64,000 nucleotides of DNA from Xylographa opegraphella (taxonomy: Eukaryota). The position numbers and the translations under genes are program-made. This document shows positions 49,113-61,267 of the stretch, one piece after another (position 1 is the stretch's first letter; each line of letters starts with the position of its first letter). The notes under the pieces were generated by a model. The model made no database searches. It saw only the letters and a list, made by a program, of their open reading frames with translations, and was not told the origin of the DNA. The stretch is taken from the NCBI GenBank assembly GCA_022813865.1, contig JALDZX010000001.1:310001-374000 (forward strand), written 5' to 3'.

Positions 49113-50407
49113 TCACTTCATATAGTCATCGTCGTCTTCATCGTCGTCCTCGTCATAACCAGAATTGACATTGATATTATGTAGCCCTTTCGTCGAAACA
49201 CTCTTGCTCGATGGTACGGGTACTCTCGACGACCTCGATGGCTTGGCGAACTTGGAATTCCTCGAACCCTTTGGTATATTAGATTGGTGTAGTTAAATGA
49301 GATCTCCGCACTCACAGAAGCCATGGGATAACCTGCCCATGATCGACCACTTGTGGTAGTGGAAGCGGTTTGAAAACGTTGATGTGGAAATCCAGCAGGG
49401 TCGAATGCTATAAAGGGCCGGGTGCCCCCCACATCTGCTTGCTGACCGCGTGTCTGTTTCGTCCATACTCCATCACCAACCTCCGACTGCGCGTCTCCAC
49501 TCGCAAATGCAGACCAAGCTTCTGTGCCAGACTCTGTGTCGGCCTGATTTGCTGGAGGTGTTTTCTCAGTATCCTCTGCGCTGGACTTAATCCTTCCAGA
49601 GCTGCCGATCCTGCTATCATGTTGGGCCAACCTGAGGCTGGTAAGTCCATGAGAGGCTTCAGCGAGGGGGGCACCGCCGCTGTCCGACTCAACGGTGGAA
49701 TCCTGAAGAAATGGTCAACCAGCGTCCTCCGAGGACACGTATCTAGGATCTACCAATTCGTCCGGCCAGTAATCGTTGCTATCTTCTGAGCCATCTTCAT
49801 CTTCCACATCCTCATAGCCTGGGAGAAGTGCTGCCTGTTCGTCAATGCAAGCGCGGCACCGCTAAGAAGCCATTAATATAGAGTAATACGAGTAGCCACA
49901 ACATCTCGAGTATATACTTACCGCCTTGTCTGGTTCACGACGATGATTCTTTCCAAATTCTGATAACGGTTTGACTTCATCACAGACAGTGCATTCCATC
50001 TCAGTAACCTGCTGGCCCGTGCATTGGCGACATTTTATGTATCCGGGTCCTGTCAGTGAAACTGGTCCGTATTGCAAATGCTTGAACTTGAGGTCTTGAA
50101 GTTGCTTGTTTGAGAACATTTGGTTACTTTTCACAGTCTTGCAGCTTAAACAGCGGAGCCTTCAATGTGTCATTACAGGTCAAAAAGTTAAGACAGAGTT
50201 CGAGGTTCTCTTACTTTTCGGGGATCACAACGCTCTTCATCCTATTTGTGATCGTATCAGCTTGTGCTTCCGAACATCTGGAGGCTTGAGTCAAGGGACT
50301 GCGATAAGTTCTCTGCTTCAAGTTGGACGCAACGAAAGTAGACGGCGAACTTACTTTCTGGCAGTCACCTCATTGTATCCTCCCCGATAAAGACTGGGAG
50401 AAGGCAT
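49113..50407 (-). CDS. Stc1-domain zinc-finger protein (RNAi-heterochromatin adaptor family), about 5 introns
   Basis: Spliced IPEKLRCLSCK..FSNKQL..CRQCTGQQVTEMECTVCDEVKPLSEFGKNHRREPDKARCRAC gives four CxxC pairs, followed by an acidic disordered tail. Confidence 0.78.
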
Positions 50408-53176
50408 GTTTGCGTAAGACAGGGTAGCACCTCAGTGACTTGATTTCGGTGTCAGTGCTTGACATGAAGGGAAATGGGTGGCTTGTCAGTAGGTGAAGTT
50501 GAAGACTAATAAGTAAGCGACTGCGTACCCTAATCTACCCTGGCCAAGAAATGTGTTTTTACTTTCTGCCTCGGACGAACCAACTCCGAGTAGAAGCAGC
50601 GGATAAGTACAGTCAGATTCGGCCGGGTCAGGCAAATATGACAGGAGGAATGCAATGCGGGTAGGTGTGAAAGTATTAGTGAAATCCCTTGTTTATTCCT
50701 TGCAAACAAGAGTGAGTGAAGAAATACGTGAATGTCCATTCACGTTAGGCTATCCTAGCGAGGTCGCTTAGGGTTACCCACTTTTCCTCGATGATTCACA
50801 GTCTCACAGCAAACCGTTCAGTGTCGTGGTCTGATAGAATCCCGCTGATCGTGATGCTGTGCAGGTTTGCAGTACACCACAAAAAGTCTGATGTTTTGAC
50901 AGCAAATAAATTGTATCATGGGGGTTGATTTTTTGTTGGGAAGTAGGCTATTGGGCATAACGTGTTGCTGGAGCGGTCATAAAAAATACAGCAAAGAGAC
51001 AACTTTGAGACTGCTCGTATCATGACTCTAGGCTCACAGGCACCCTTCACTTCAAGACATCGTACGCAACAGACTGGTTCTATTTTTCGCCACCGCACTG
51101 GCCCTGATGCTGGCGTAAGAAGCTTCCATGCCACTCCCGCACTGTCTTGCATACTTGTGAGGCGGAGACATTCTCAGCATTCAAGAGTATCTTCTTCAGC
51201 CCCAGGACTTGTCTGGTTTACAGTGCGACGGTTCTGTTTTCGATGACCACTTGTCGGCATTGATCAATTGTCAAACGATGATGGAGAAGCTAGGTAAGCT
51301 TAAATCAGTTTGCCGGACCTCAGCTGTGGATATGCACTGTGTCCAAACGTTCTAACGTCGATGGTGATGCAGCTATCCCAGTACCAATACCTTGGGCCGA
51401 CTCCCCCGGCCGGACTGAGCTAGCGTACCACTGCACCAATAAGCATCTGAAGGAGCAGCGGGCCTCGACTTTAGTGAGGGATCTGCCAATTGGATAGTCA
51501 GGAACAAAAAACAACCTTACGGGAGTGACTAAGGTAGGGTAGAGCAGTCCGGACAGGGGGTTTGCCTTGATTTGTGATAGTCCAGCGCATGTTACGGGTC
51601 GGCCCAGGAACGGCATGCTGCGGAATCAACGGAAAGTGGCAAAAGGGGGGAAAAGGTCATGGATACTGGCTGGCCCCCATTCACACCCACGCGGCGAGTT
51701 GTACAAAGTGTCAAAAGTATGATGGCTCATCGCAGCGCATCATGCACCTACGAGGGACTGCCATGCACCTTTTAGCGTCATCGCACGCTGTTGCACCGCG
51801 AACTGTCCTTTTGTGCACTTCGCGTGCTTCATGGCCGCAATCCTGATGCCAGAAATAGGAGCTCTGAGCGTTCGCCCATCCGGACAAAGCTGGATCACGC
51901 AAACCCTGCGGCCGAAACAGCGTCGCAGTCATAATCTTCCTCTCCCCGTGCTGATTGCTTCCGCTTTGCCTTCACGCTTTTGAGCCACTTATCGTGTGCA
52001 TAATAGACTCAAGTTGAATCCGTGTCAAATGAACTAGAGAGCACGATAGTAGTTTGGTCGCAGGCAGGACTTAGCATCGGCTTCCGGTTTCTCGGCCCCC
52101 AGCCTACCTACCGTAGGTGGGTGACTACGGACTAGGGGGTCGGGGAATGGTGAGACTTGTTGGCCCCCAGATTCAAACGGGCGTAGTTTAATTTCCTCCT
52201 TCCACGCGAGCACTCCACGTCTCCCTGCTCCTCCCTTGGACTCCAACGCAGCTGTTCATCGCCGCCTTGACTACAGACTAGCGACCGTCCTTCAACCGAT
52301 ATTGGCTATTCCAAAAAAGCTCGACTCTCTCTATCGTCACACCGCTCCACCGTTTCATTCATACCCTTGTTAGTGCTTTCCAATTCCGACCATGGACCCA
52401 ATCCTCCCAAGCATTCTGCTGACAGCTCACCTATCCCCCCCCAGCTATTATTTGTGCCCCCATCTGACACTCCTCCGTGCCTGAACAATCTAAGAAAGTC
52501 GACCTCATGTGTGGGCATCTTTCGTCTTCTAAGAACCCCCATCATTAACACAATCTGGAGAATTGCACGACACCATTTTGCGTATCACCTTCATTGAACG
52601 TCCTCGTGTCAAGGGCTGGCAGCATTTTACGAACCACGTACTTTCAATTTCCATCACCACACTCCTTCAACCCTTTCGTCAACCCTCAATCTCCGAACTT
52701 CGGGCTACCGCTGTTACGGGACCTTCGACGCTGGGGCCACGCTATTTGTTTGAAAAGGGCGAGATCAAGTTGTGAAGAAGTGATTGCGCCAGTGCCGCAG
52801 ATACAGTACTATTGGTAGAGTCTTCTTGAGCAAGCTATCAGCTTGCCTTGTTCCTAATATATGCTCTAACATCAAATCAGGGCCGAGCCTCCAGTGATTT
52901 TTTGCACCTCACCACAACAGCCATCATTCCAGCTCGATACTTGGTGGATATATCATCGATCGTGGAACTGCGTTGGTCAAAATCACATCGAGGGCTGAGC
53001 GACATGACCACCGGAATCACGACCACCTTCGCTCAATTAATATTTTGATCTATTTTTGATCGATCAATCCTTCTGCCTACCATTGAAAGAGAGTACCAGC
53101 GGTCATAAACCTTATACATGAATCACCAGGCCAATACTGGAACCCAAGGTCTGTCGTGAAACACGACACTGGAAAG

Positions 53177-55761
53177 ATGACGGTCATGAATGAGTATCCC
53201 GGCAGGATATCATCTCTAGGTGCGATGTCCTGCCTCGAGGAGAAATTTGAGGTTATCAAAGATATTGGCGATGGAAGCTTCGGGAGTGTAGCATTGGCTC
53301 GAGTACGCACTGCTGGAGCTCATGTTGCTCGTAGAGGCACTATGGTGAGTACGAGGGGGCTCTCCCTTATCATTTGTATGCTAATACTACCATAGGTCGC
53401 CATCAAGACAATGAAGAAGACCTTCGACTCTTTTGCGCAGTGCATGGAACTCCGAGAGGTCATCTTTTTACGTGCACTGCCGATACATCCTCACCTTGTC
53501 CCTGCTCTTGATATATTCTTGGATCCAATGTCACACAAGCTGCACATTTGTATGGAGTATATGGACGGAAATCTCTACCAACTGATGAAAGCCCGGGACC
53601 ACAAGTGTTTGGATGGAAGTAGTGTAAAGAGTATCTTGTACCAAATTCTGTCTGGTCTCGAGCACGTTCACAACCACGATTTCTTCCACCGAGATATAAA
53701 GCCCGAGAACATCTTGGTCTCGACATCTGCATCCCACGAGTCAGGCCTGACATTTCGGAGATACTCAGCACTCGTCACGCCGCCTTCAACACCTCCGATA
53801 TACACGATAAAGATCGCAGATTTTGGTCTTGCTCGTGAGACTCAATCGACCCTTCCCTACACAACATATGTCTCTACCAGGTGGTATCGTGCTCCTGAGG
53901 TCCTACTTCGCGCCGGAGAATATTCCGCTCCAGTTGACATGTGGGCAATTGGTGCCATGGCTGTTGAGATTGCAACACTGAAGCCACTTTTCCCTGGTGG
54001 CAACGAAGTGGACCAAGTTTGGAGAGTCTGTGAAATTATGGGAAGTCCTGGAAACTGGTATAGCAAATCTGGTGCTAAGGTTGGTGGTGGCGAGTGGAGA
54101 GAAGGGACAAGACTAGCAGAGAAACTTGGATTTTCCTTCCCAAAGGTTTGTTGACAGCTCTTGCAGCTAGTCCTTGAATCGCGCTAACCAAACCATAGAT
54201 GGCACCTCACTCAATGGAAACCATCCTTCAGCCTCCGCACTGGCCGCTGGCCTTGAGCTCGTTTGTGACATCGTGTCTGATGTGGGATCCGAGGTTGAGA
54301 CCCACATCAGGCCAAGCACTACACCACGAATACTTTTCTGATGCTATTGATCCGCTACGCCCAAGGACTGCAACCAACCGTCTGCTCCAGAGAAAGCAAT
54401 CAGTGTATGAGTCAAAGTCACAAAAACAACAAATCGAAAGTCCCCCAGCCTCAACAAGGACTTCATGGTTCAGAAAATCTCTTATTAGCCGTGAAAGTAC
54501 TCCGGCTGTCCCTCAGCACTCCATAATTACAGGACCTCTTTCGCCCAATCCTTCACCTATCCACTCCAACACCATTCCGACCATCACAATCTCGCCTAAA
54601 GTTCGCCCGAATGTCAACAAGAGAGCTACCTGGGCCAACAGCACTACACCTTCTACAGGAGCCCCAATGCCTATTTTGCCATCTATTCGGCCAATATCTC
54701 CTCTTTCTCACGCGGTTACCGCTCAAGCGCGTACAGCTGTCTCAGGGGAACCTTCCAACTTACCACAAAATTGCGCCATGGCTCGAGATGAGAAGACAAC
54801 GAAGAAAATTGGTAGACAGTTGTCTATCGCATCCCATGGCAACCACTATGGGGACATGCATAGACAAGATGCTGAGAGATCACTCAACGGACCTGGGGCC
54901 CTTGCATCGCCAACAGGCGCACAAAAAGAAGGGTTCTTCTCACATTTGCGCAAACGAGCACGAAGACTGTCTGGTCGCCATCAGACACCTCTATCACCCA
55001 AATATGATGACGTTGAGGCAAGTGCAGGCTGTGCCCCCTGGCAGAGTAACCGGTCATCTGTAGCGATGGAACAGAATGGAGTGCCTGATAACCTGCAGAA
55101 GCACGATTTTACCGAACTCGACAGGGCACTGCAGAACGTACGCTACAGTCTGGACACGTCTTCGCAATCTCCGCACTCCGTTGCTGGCAGTCAGAGATCG
55201 CCAATGGTCAATGTGATAACAACACCTGCTACAAAAAGGGTACAATCATTAGTCCAAATGTCCTCGCCAAGGCTGCTGGACGATGTTCCATCTCCAATTT
55301 GTGGGCCGGGGCCAATAGCCAGCCGGACACGTCGCGCACTCCAGCTGTCAACACACCCTGCTTATAGATACGAGACTCCTGATGAGGAGGAAGAACTTCT
55401 TGATGAAGCACTTCACAACTCCCAACGAGCAATCAAGGGTATGGAGGGGAGAAGTAAGCCGGACCTGGATGTTGGTCGGAGCACTCTTGCCGTCAAAGAT
55501 AGCAACAGACCCTTGTTGCATCATTCACTGAGCAGTAATGCGATTGCGAATCCCTATCCTACTCCATCGCCTTCCGCGAAGAGGAACGGCATGCTCTTCA
55601 CTCAGTCACTCATGGACGAGCCGGCAGCGCCTTTAAATATTGCTCGGAGCCGTCCCAAGGAGGATTGCCCTAATCTCTGGCCGACACCTCCGTACGAAGA
55701 AAACGAATGGGCAGCTTCGGCTGCGGCAAGCATCTTTGCTGCCGGCTCTGCATATCGATGA
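53177..55761 (+). CDS. IME2: Ime2/ImeB (MAK/ICK-like) Ser/Thr protein kinase, 2 coding introns
   Basis: IGDGSFGSV, VAIKTMKK, FFHRDIKPENIL, KIADFGLARE and the activation loop PYTTYVSTRWYRAPE, with a long C-terminal region. Confidence 0.95.
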
Positions 55762-56734
55762 TAACAGACCACCTTAGGCTTTTCTTGATGAAAAGTTATT
55801 CTTTGTACTATATCACTCCTTTCCGAATTCGGGTCGCCCAAGGACACCAGCGAAAACTATGGCGATCGTTAGTGGGTATGTCAAAATGTTGCGGGACTTG
55901 TATAAATGGCTACTCCGCGATTACGACACCTATCCACGTTACTCTGTTCTAACACCTGGAGCCAATGCTTCAATCACTATTCTTCGATTTGCTTCATACC
56001 CCAATGGCCTTGGACTTTGCTTCAGGTCGAGCGTTCCACTTGGCTTTATCGGCGCTCGTTATATCGTTCCACGGATCTGGTTCGAACTTATAGAAAGACT
56101 TGCTCTCGCCAGCGCCACGGCTACTCCGCCAGCTTTTCTTACCGCCATCTACACGCGCAGTGCGCCACCAACTCCCACTCTAGCTCAAGATTTCTTTAGG
56201 TCTCACCACATGGGGCTCAATAAGTATGTGGAAAATTGTGACTGGGGATGACAGGACCTCATGGTACCTTGCGAAGATCTAGGTGCTTACTTGCGTGGTC
56301 GATTAGCTGCCTGAGGCGGACTATTGTATATAGAAAAAAACAAAAATTAATTCCAAGTCGCACAATGCAGAGATGCGTGTCCAGATCTCCTCTTGATACT
56401 AGTCGTAGTCCTTGCTCCGCAGTACTGGTAACGAGGAGTTTGCACGATCCCCAAGATCCCATTTCCTCGCTTGCATGTTACGGGGTGTTCGGTGGGTAAA
56501 CAGTCAATCTTCGCAGGCAAGACGAAGGCGAAGATTGGTAGACGAACATATTCTACGCCGTGTGCGGTACAGTATATTCCCTCACGCCCACCTCTTCATC
56601 TCGATCTCGAATCATATCTCAGCCACCAACCCGAGCACCCAGACGCCCGACCTCATCTCCCAAAAGAAAGCCACCCCTCTAAACGCCCCCACCCCTAATC
56701 CCACGCCCCCACCCACTCAACCCTCCCACACCCA

Positions 56735-57877
56735 TCACCGCGCGTACCCCTGCCCCTCCCCCCACCCCTCCCCCACCGCCCGCCTCACCCGCACCGGCAA
56801 CTTCCCCAACTTCGCTTTCCCCTTCGGCATCACCCCCCCACCCATGCCCATCCCCTTCCCCTTCCCCTTCCGCGCGGGCTTCCCCCCCTTGCTCGGCTTC
56901 TTCCGCCCCGCATCCCTCGCGGGCGACACCTGCTCCAGCCCCTGCGCGCTCTGCCCACCCGTGTTCATCACCGTGCTGGAGTCCGTGCCCTGCCACCCCC
57001 CCGACGCAGGCGCGGGCGCGGGGCTGTCGCTCGTCATGCCGTCCGCGAAAGCGAGCGCCTGCGCTGCGGAGGTGGCGCCGTCGAGGAAGCGGCGCCGCAG
57101 GGGCCCGGGGGCGCGTTGAGTGCGCGGAGAAGCGCCGGCGGGGTGGGTGGGCGGGCGTTGATGCTTTTTGCCGTGCTTCTTCTGCTTCTGCTTCTGTTTT
57201 CCCGCAGGCTCCGAAGCGGACGCGCCTTCGGTCTCCGGAGGCGCTACCTGGTCCGGTCCCGTGGCGGCTTGGTTGGCGTCCGTGTGGGTCACTGTCGACG
57301 AGGAGGAGGAGGAGGAGGAGGAGCCCGGGTTGGTGGCGGCTTCTTGCTGCGCGACGGCCCGGTCGATGGCTGCGGCATTGGCCTTGGCCCTGGCGACCGC
57401 GGTGAGGGCGTGCGGGTCGTAGGGGTCGAAGTCCGGCAGCCGTTGGCGGCGGCGGAGCTTGGGCGCCTTCTTGGCGCCGGCGCCGGGGGCTTTCCGGGCA
57501 GGTTTCTTGGCCCCCTTGCGCGGCGGCGCGAGCGGGGGCGCGACTTGGTTGGCGCCTTGGACGGTCTTGCCGTTGCCCGTGTTGACGGTGACGGAGGAGG
57601 TGCCGCTGCCGCCGCCGGGGGCTGCGGCGTTGTTGTTGTTAAGCGCGGGCGCGCCGCCTGGCAGCGCGGAGGGGTTGTGCGTGCACACGCCGTTATTGCA
57701 CACGCTGATCTGGGAGCTGCCCGGGTTGGCCTGGGCGTGCTGCCGGGCGGAGGAGATGGTGTCTTGGACGAAGGCGCCGAGCGGGTCGGGGGTCAGTTGG
57801 GCGAGGGGGGAGGCGAAGATGGTGGTCGTGGTGCTCATGGCCAGCATGGCGGGGAGGAGGGGATGGCGGAAATGCAT
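56735..57877 (-). CDS. Secreted low-complexity protein with three degenerate repeats ending in RR(R) sites
   Basis: Signal-peptide-like N-terminus ending FASPLAQ, high GC3 codon bias, and TATATAA about 85 nt upstream. Confidence 0.7.
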   Translation of the reverse strand: MHFRHPLLPAMLAMSTTTTIFASPLAQLTPDPLGAFVQDTISSARQHAQANPGSSQISVCNNGVCTHNPSALPGGAPALNNNNAAAPGGGSGTSSVTVNTGNGKTVQGANQVAPPLAPPRKGAKKPARKAPGAGAKKAPKLRRRQRLPDFDPYDPHALTAVARAKANAAAIDRAVAQQEAATNPGSSSSSSSSSTVTHTDANQAATGPDQVAPPETEGASASEPAGKQKQKQKKHGKKHQRPPTHPAGASPRTQRAPGPLRRRFLDGATSAAQALAFADGMTSDSPAPAPASGGWQGTDSSTVMNTGGQSAQGLEQVSPARDAGRKKPSKGGKPARKGKGKGMGMGGGVMPKGKAKLGKLPVRVRRAVGEGWGEGQGYAR

Positions 57878-59089
57878 GGTGCCGGTGGGGGGATGGAGGA
57901 AGGGGGTTTTGGGTCGGTGAAGGCGCCCGGGAAGGGGGGAGGTGGGACAGGTGTGCGCGTTATATAGATTCGGCGTCGTGGTGCGTGGTGCGCAGGGTGA
58001 GGTGGGATGGGATGGGTGTTGCACACCACCACCACCAAGCTCGTACAGCTGCGACGGAATCCTTCGTGAGATGAGCACGATTGTTGACGAGGCAGTGGCT
58101 AGGCCGTACGGCCCCCATGGGCGATAACCAACGCAGCGATTGAAACCGATATTGCGCGGGTCATGGATGGGGGAGTGTTCGCCATAGAGTGTCAAGCCCA
58201 ACACTCGTTTGTTGGCGGGCTCGTTCGTTGCCGCGCACGCCGGTTGTGTGCGCCTCCCACACGGGATATTCCTTGGATGCCGAAGCAGAAATCAAGAGCG
58301 GTACAAAATGTTGCGCGGACATGAAGAAACGAACAAAGGAAAACTCGCAATGCTACAGCACCACGCTGTGATTGAATTCACGGACTGGAACACAAAGCAC
58401 ACAGTGTGAGCGTAGACAAAAACGGACGCTGCGAGCGACTTCTGCGCGAAACGAGCAGTGCGCGGGCTGTGCACTTCTGCACACAAGCCCCCATCAGCAG
58501 GAGATACAGTGAGCATTGATGGTGCACAAACAGCTCATCTACCTGTGGAAGCGATATCGAGAAGTTATACAGGAATGTGTGGCCCAACACGTTGCCGTGT
58601 CGGGTTACATACTGCGTAGCGGCGAGTGCTACACACTTTCCGAATCCTTCGTTCTGTTTGCAGAAGCGAGGCGGATCAGATCACCATTCAATCAGCAAGC
58701 CTGCTTTAGGGGGTTTCATTCAGTCGTCAATCATTAGATCTTGCATCTATCTTCTAAAATGAAGCCCCGCAGTGCAAAAGTCGACCCCCGTCATAGACCA
58801 CAGCCACGGTCTGCACCCAGCTCCGTAACATGCTCGCTCGCCAGCCTTATGCGAATATTTACATATTGCCAGCTCAGGATGCAGTCCGAGATGTCCTCAA
58901 AGAAGCCAATGCTGCCAGGTGCGTGTCCGTTCCAGTATTCGCCGAGCAAAACAACACCGCAAACATAAGGGGCATTCCAAGCCAAGTACTACCTCAAATC
59001 AAAGACAGTCGAAAATCGCTTGCATCAGTACTTCTATGCCACGATAACACTATGCGGTCTCTGCAGCGTTGAGCGAGATCCACCGCATG

Positions 59090-60461
59090 TCACCGACGAC
59101 CGTAGGGAGCGTATGGATTCGCATCTTGGTATCTTGGTGGACCCCTCGCCGTCTGAGGATAATTGTAGGAGTCGTCATAGTATCTGCGGCTCAAGTCTGG
59201 CTCCGATGTACTATAGGTCCTGTTGTATCCAGGACGACTATTGCCTGGCTTCCTGTTGTACGCTGGTGGGGGACTTTGCTCGAATGACCTGTTCGAGGAT
59301 TCTTTCGCATTCTCCCTCTTCTGCAGTCGTTTTTGATGCCTTTCTTCCTTTTCCTTTTTGTGTTGTTTCCTCGTCTTGTGTTGCTCAGCCGCACCCTTCC
59401 ATTCTGACATGGCGCCTTTGATGCTAAGTGCTGCAACCCCGACGGAAGCAAGGTCCTGCAATTTAGCTTTTGTCCTTGCCTTTCTTGCCTCGTCCGGCGA
59501 AATCTTCCCATTCTTGAGCTGCTCGTATCGCTTGTCACGGGCCTCCATTGAGCTATAGAGACCAGCGGCCGCATGAATCGTTGCGACAGCGGCCAGACCC
59601 GCTGAAAGCAGTTCTTTGGCTTTAATGTGCTTATGCTCCCGCTCATCCTCTCCCGAAGATAGGACCGAAGACGAGCTGCTACCGCTGCCGCTCTCGCTGC
59701 CGCTGTCACTATCGCTGTCTTCATCTCCCTTCTTTTCTTCTTTCTTATCACTTCCCTTCTTCTTCTTCTTTTTTTTCTCTGCATAGCCATTGGCCTCTCC
59801 ACGAGGCCTGTCTTGAGCTGACACCTGCGACGGAGTGTACCTAGCAATGCGATCTTCCTGAGTATCTCTTCCATCGTAAGCACGAGCAGCACCATAAGTT
59901 CCCGCGCCTGCAGCAGCACCTGCTAAGGCTGCATTGCGATCTTGCTGTCCTCCAGTATTCCGGCGACGCCTGTCCCGAGGGGGTATGGAAGTTTCGGATT
60001 CTTCCGAGGACTCATATCTTCGAGCACCTGGTCTACATCAGCGCAGTGTCTTTCGAATAAGACTACGGATACCGACTCCTCGGAGTGTAGTCACGTCTGC
60101 CGCTCGGTGCAGCTCCAGCGGATTGAGGTTCACGACCTCCGGACCTTGGACGTCTATCACGAGGATTGCTGTATGAGTCCTGATAGCCGTATGCTTGTTG
60201 TGCGCTGCGTGACCCCGGTTCATCTCGGTCCTTCCGACGGTCTCGATTGCTGGAACGCGACGAGGTGAATTTGTAATCCTCGTACTTGTACTCCTCAATT
60301 GGCTTGTTGCCGTCTTTGTTGACGTACTTGTCAGGCTGACCTTTCTTGCCGGGAATGCGAATCTTTCGCACTGTCTCCCGTGACTTGTCGTAGATGGTAT
60401 CGTAGTTTTGAATCAACGGATTAGCGCCTTCGAGAGCAAGCTCGACGAACTCGGAAGCCAT
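59090..60461 (-). CDS. DUF3824-like protein, one ~49-nt intron near 60028-60076
   Basis: KAKELLSAGLAAVATIHAAAGLYSSMEARDKR..ISPDEARK..KLQDLASVGVAALSIKGAMSEWK. The two ORFs are joined by a GTCGGT..CTGAT..CAG intron. Confidence 0.75.
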
Positions 60462-60506
60462 GAGTGATGCTTAACGTCGTTTCAGAAGGCCAGGTCAGAG
60501 GTTGAT

Positions 60507-60593
60507 GAGGTGAAGAGGTGAAGAGGTGAAGAGGTGAAGAGGTGAAGAGGTGAAGAGGTGAAGAGGTGAAGAGGTGAAGAGGTGAAGAGGTGA
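60507..60593. repeat. Octamer microsatellite (GAGGTGAA) x ~11
   Basis: Perfect tandem array about 45 nt upstream of the DUF3824-like ATG (TTCACCTC on the sense strand). Confidence 0.95.
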
Positions 60594-61267
60594 CGAGGAA
60601 ACATGGACGGGAAGATGCAATTTCGAGGGGAACGAGTGAATGGGGAATGGGAGCGTCACAGCGGTAAGGTGATGGAAGGTCTTAGTGAATTGCACCACGA
60701 TGCGAGGTACACCAAGGGTAAATTCCTATGTCATGGTGCATGCGCCTCAGCGGTGAGAGGTGCAATCATCCCTCCAAAAGCCGCTAATTGCATGCAGGTG
60801 AGGTGGCGGGAATTGGCTGGCCCGCATCGACATTGGGCGGACAAGGCCTCTGATTGGCGGCGCTGCATTAGGGGAGACTAGGTAGGGTACTAGAGCAAAC
60901 AGGTGGGCCTGATCAGCAGGGCACGCGGGGCAATCTCCAGGCTTAAAGACCCCGCAGATGGCAGTACGGGTGCGCATAACGAATCCCGCGCTCGATGTTC
61001 GCTGGAAGCGCCTTAGTGAAAATGTCGCTCATCTCTTGGTTTGGCTAGCCCAGTCGAGCGTAGTGCTGGCACATCGATGCTAGGTGATTCTTGGCGGTGC
61101 AGCTTAGGGTTGCCGGGATCTTGACTACCTTCTTCGTGGTTTGATATTGCTCTTGTTAAACACCACCAAGAGTTATGCGGACGTAACGCAGCTTTCTTTG
61201 TGCCTTTACGCTCGTTAGAATACGCGTATAATACACATTGCTCATTCCCTTGCTCGCGGAGCTCAGC

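Noticed and set aside
42045..55761. Mating or sexual-development cluster (PRM1, IME2)
   Set aside because: No MAT, APN2 or SLA2 genes; two sexual-cycle genes 9 kb apart can be chance.
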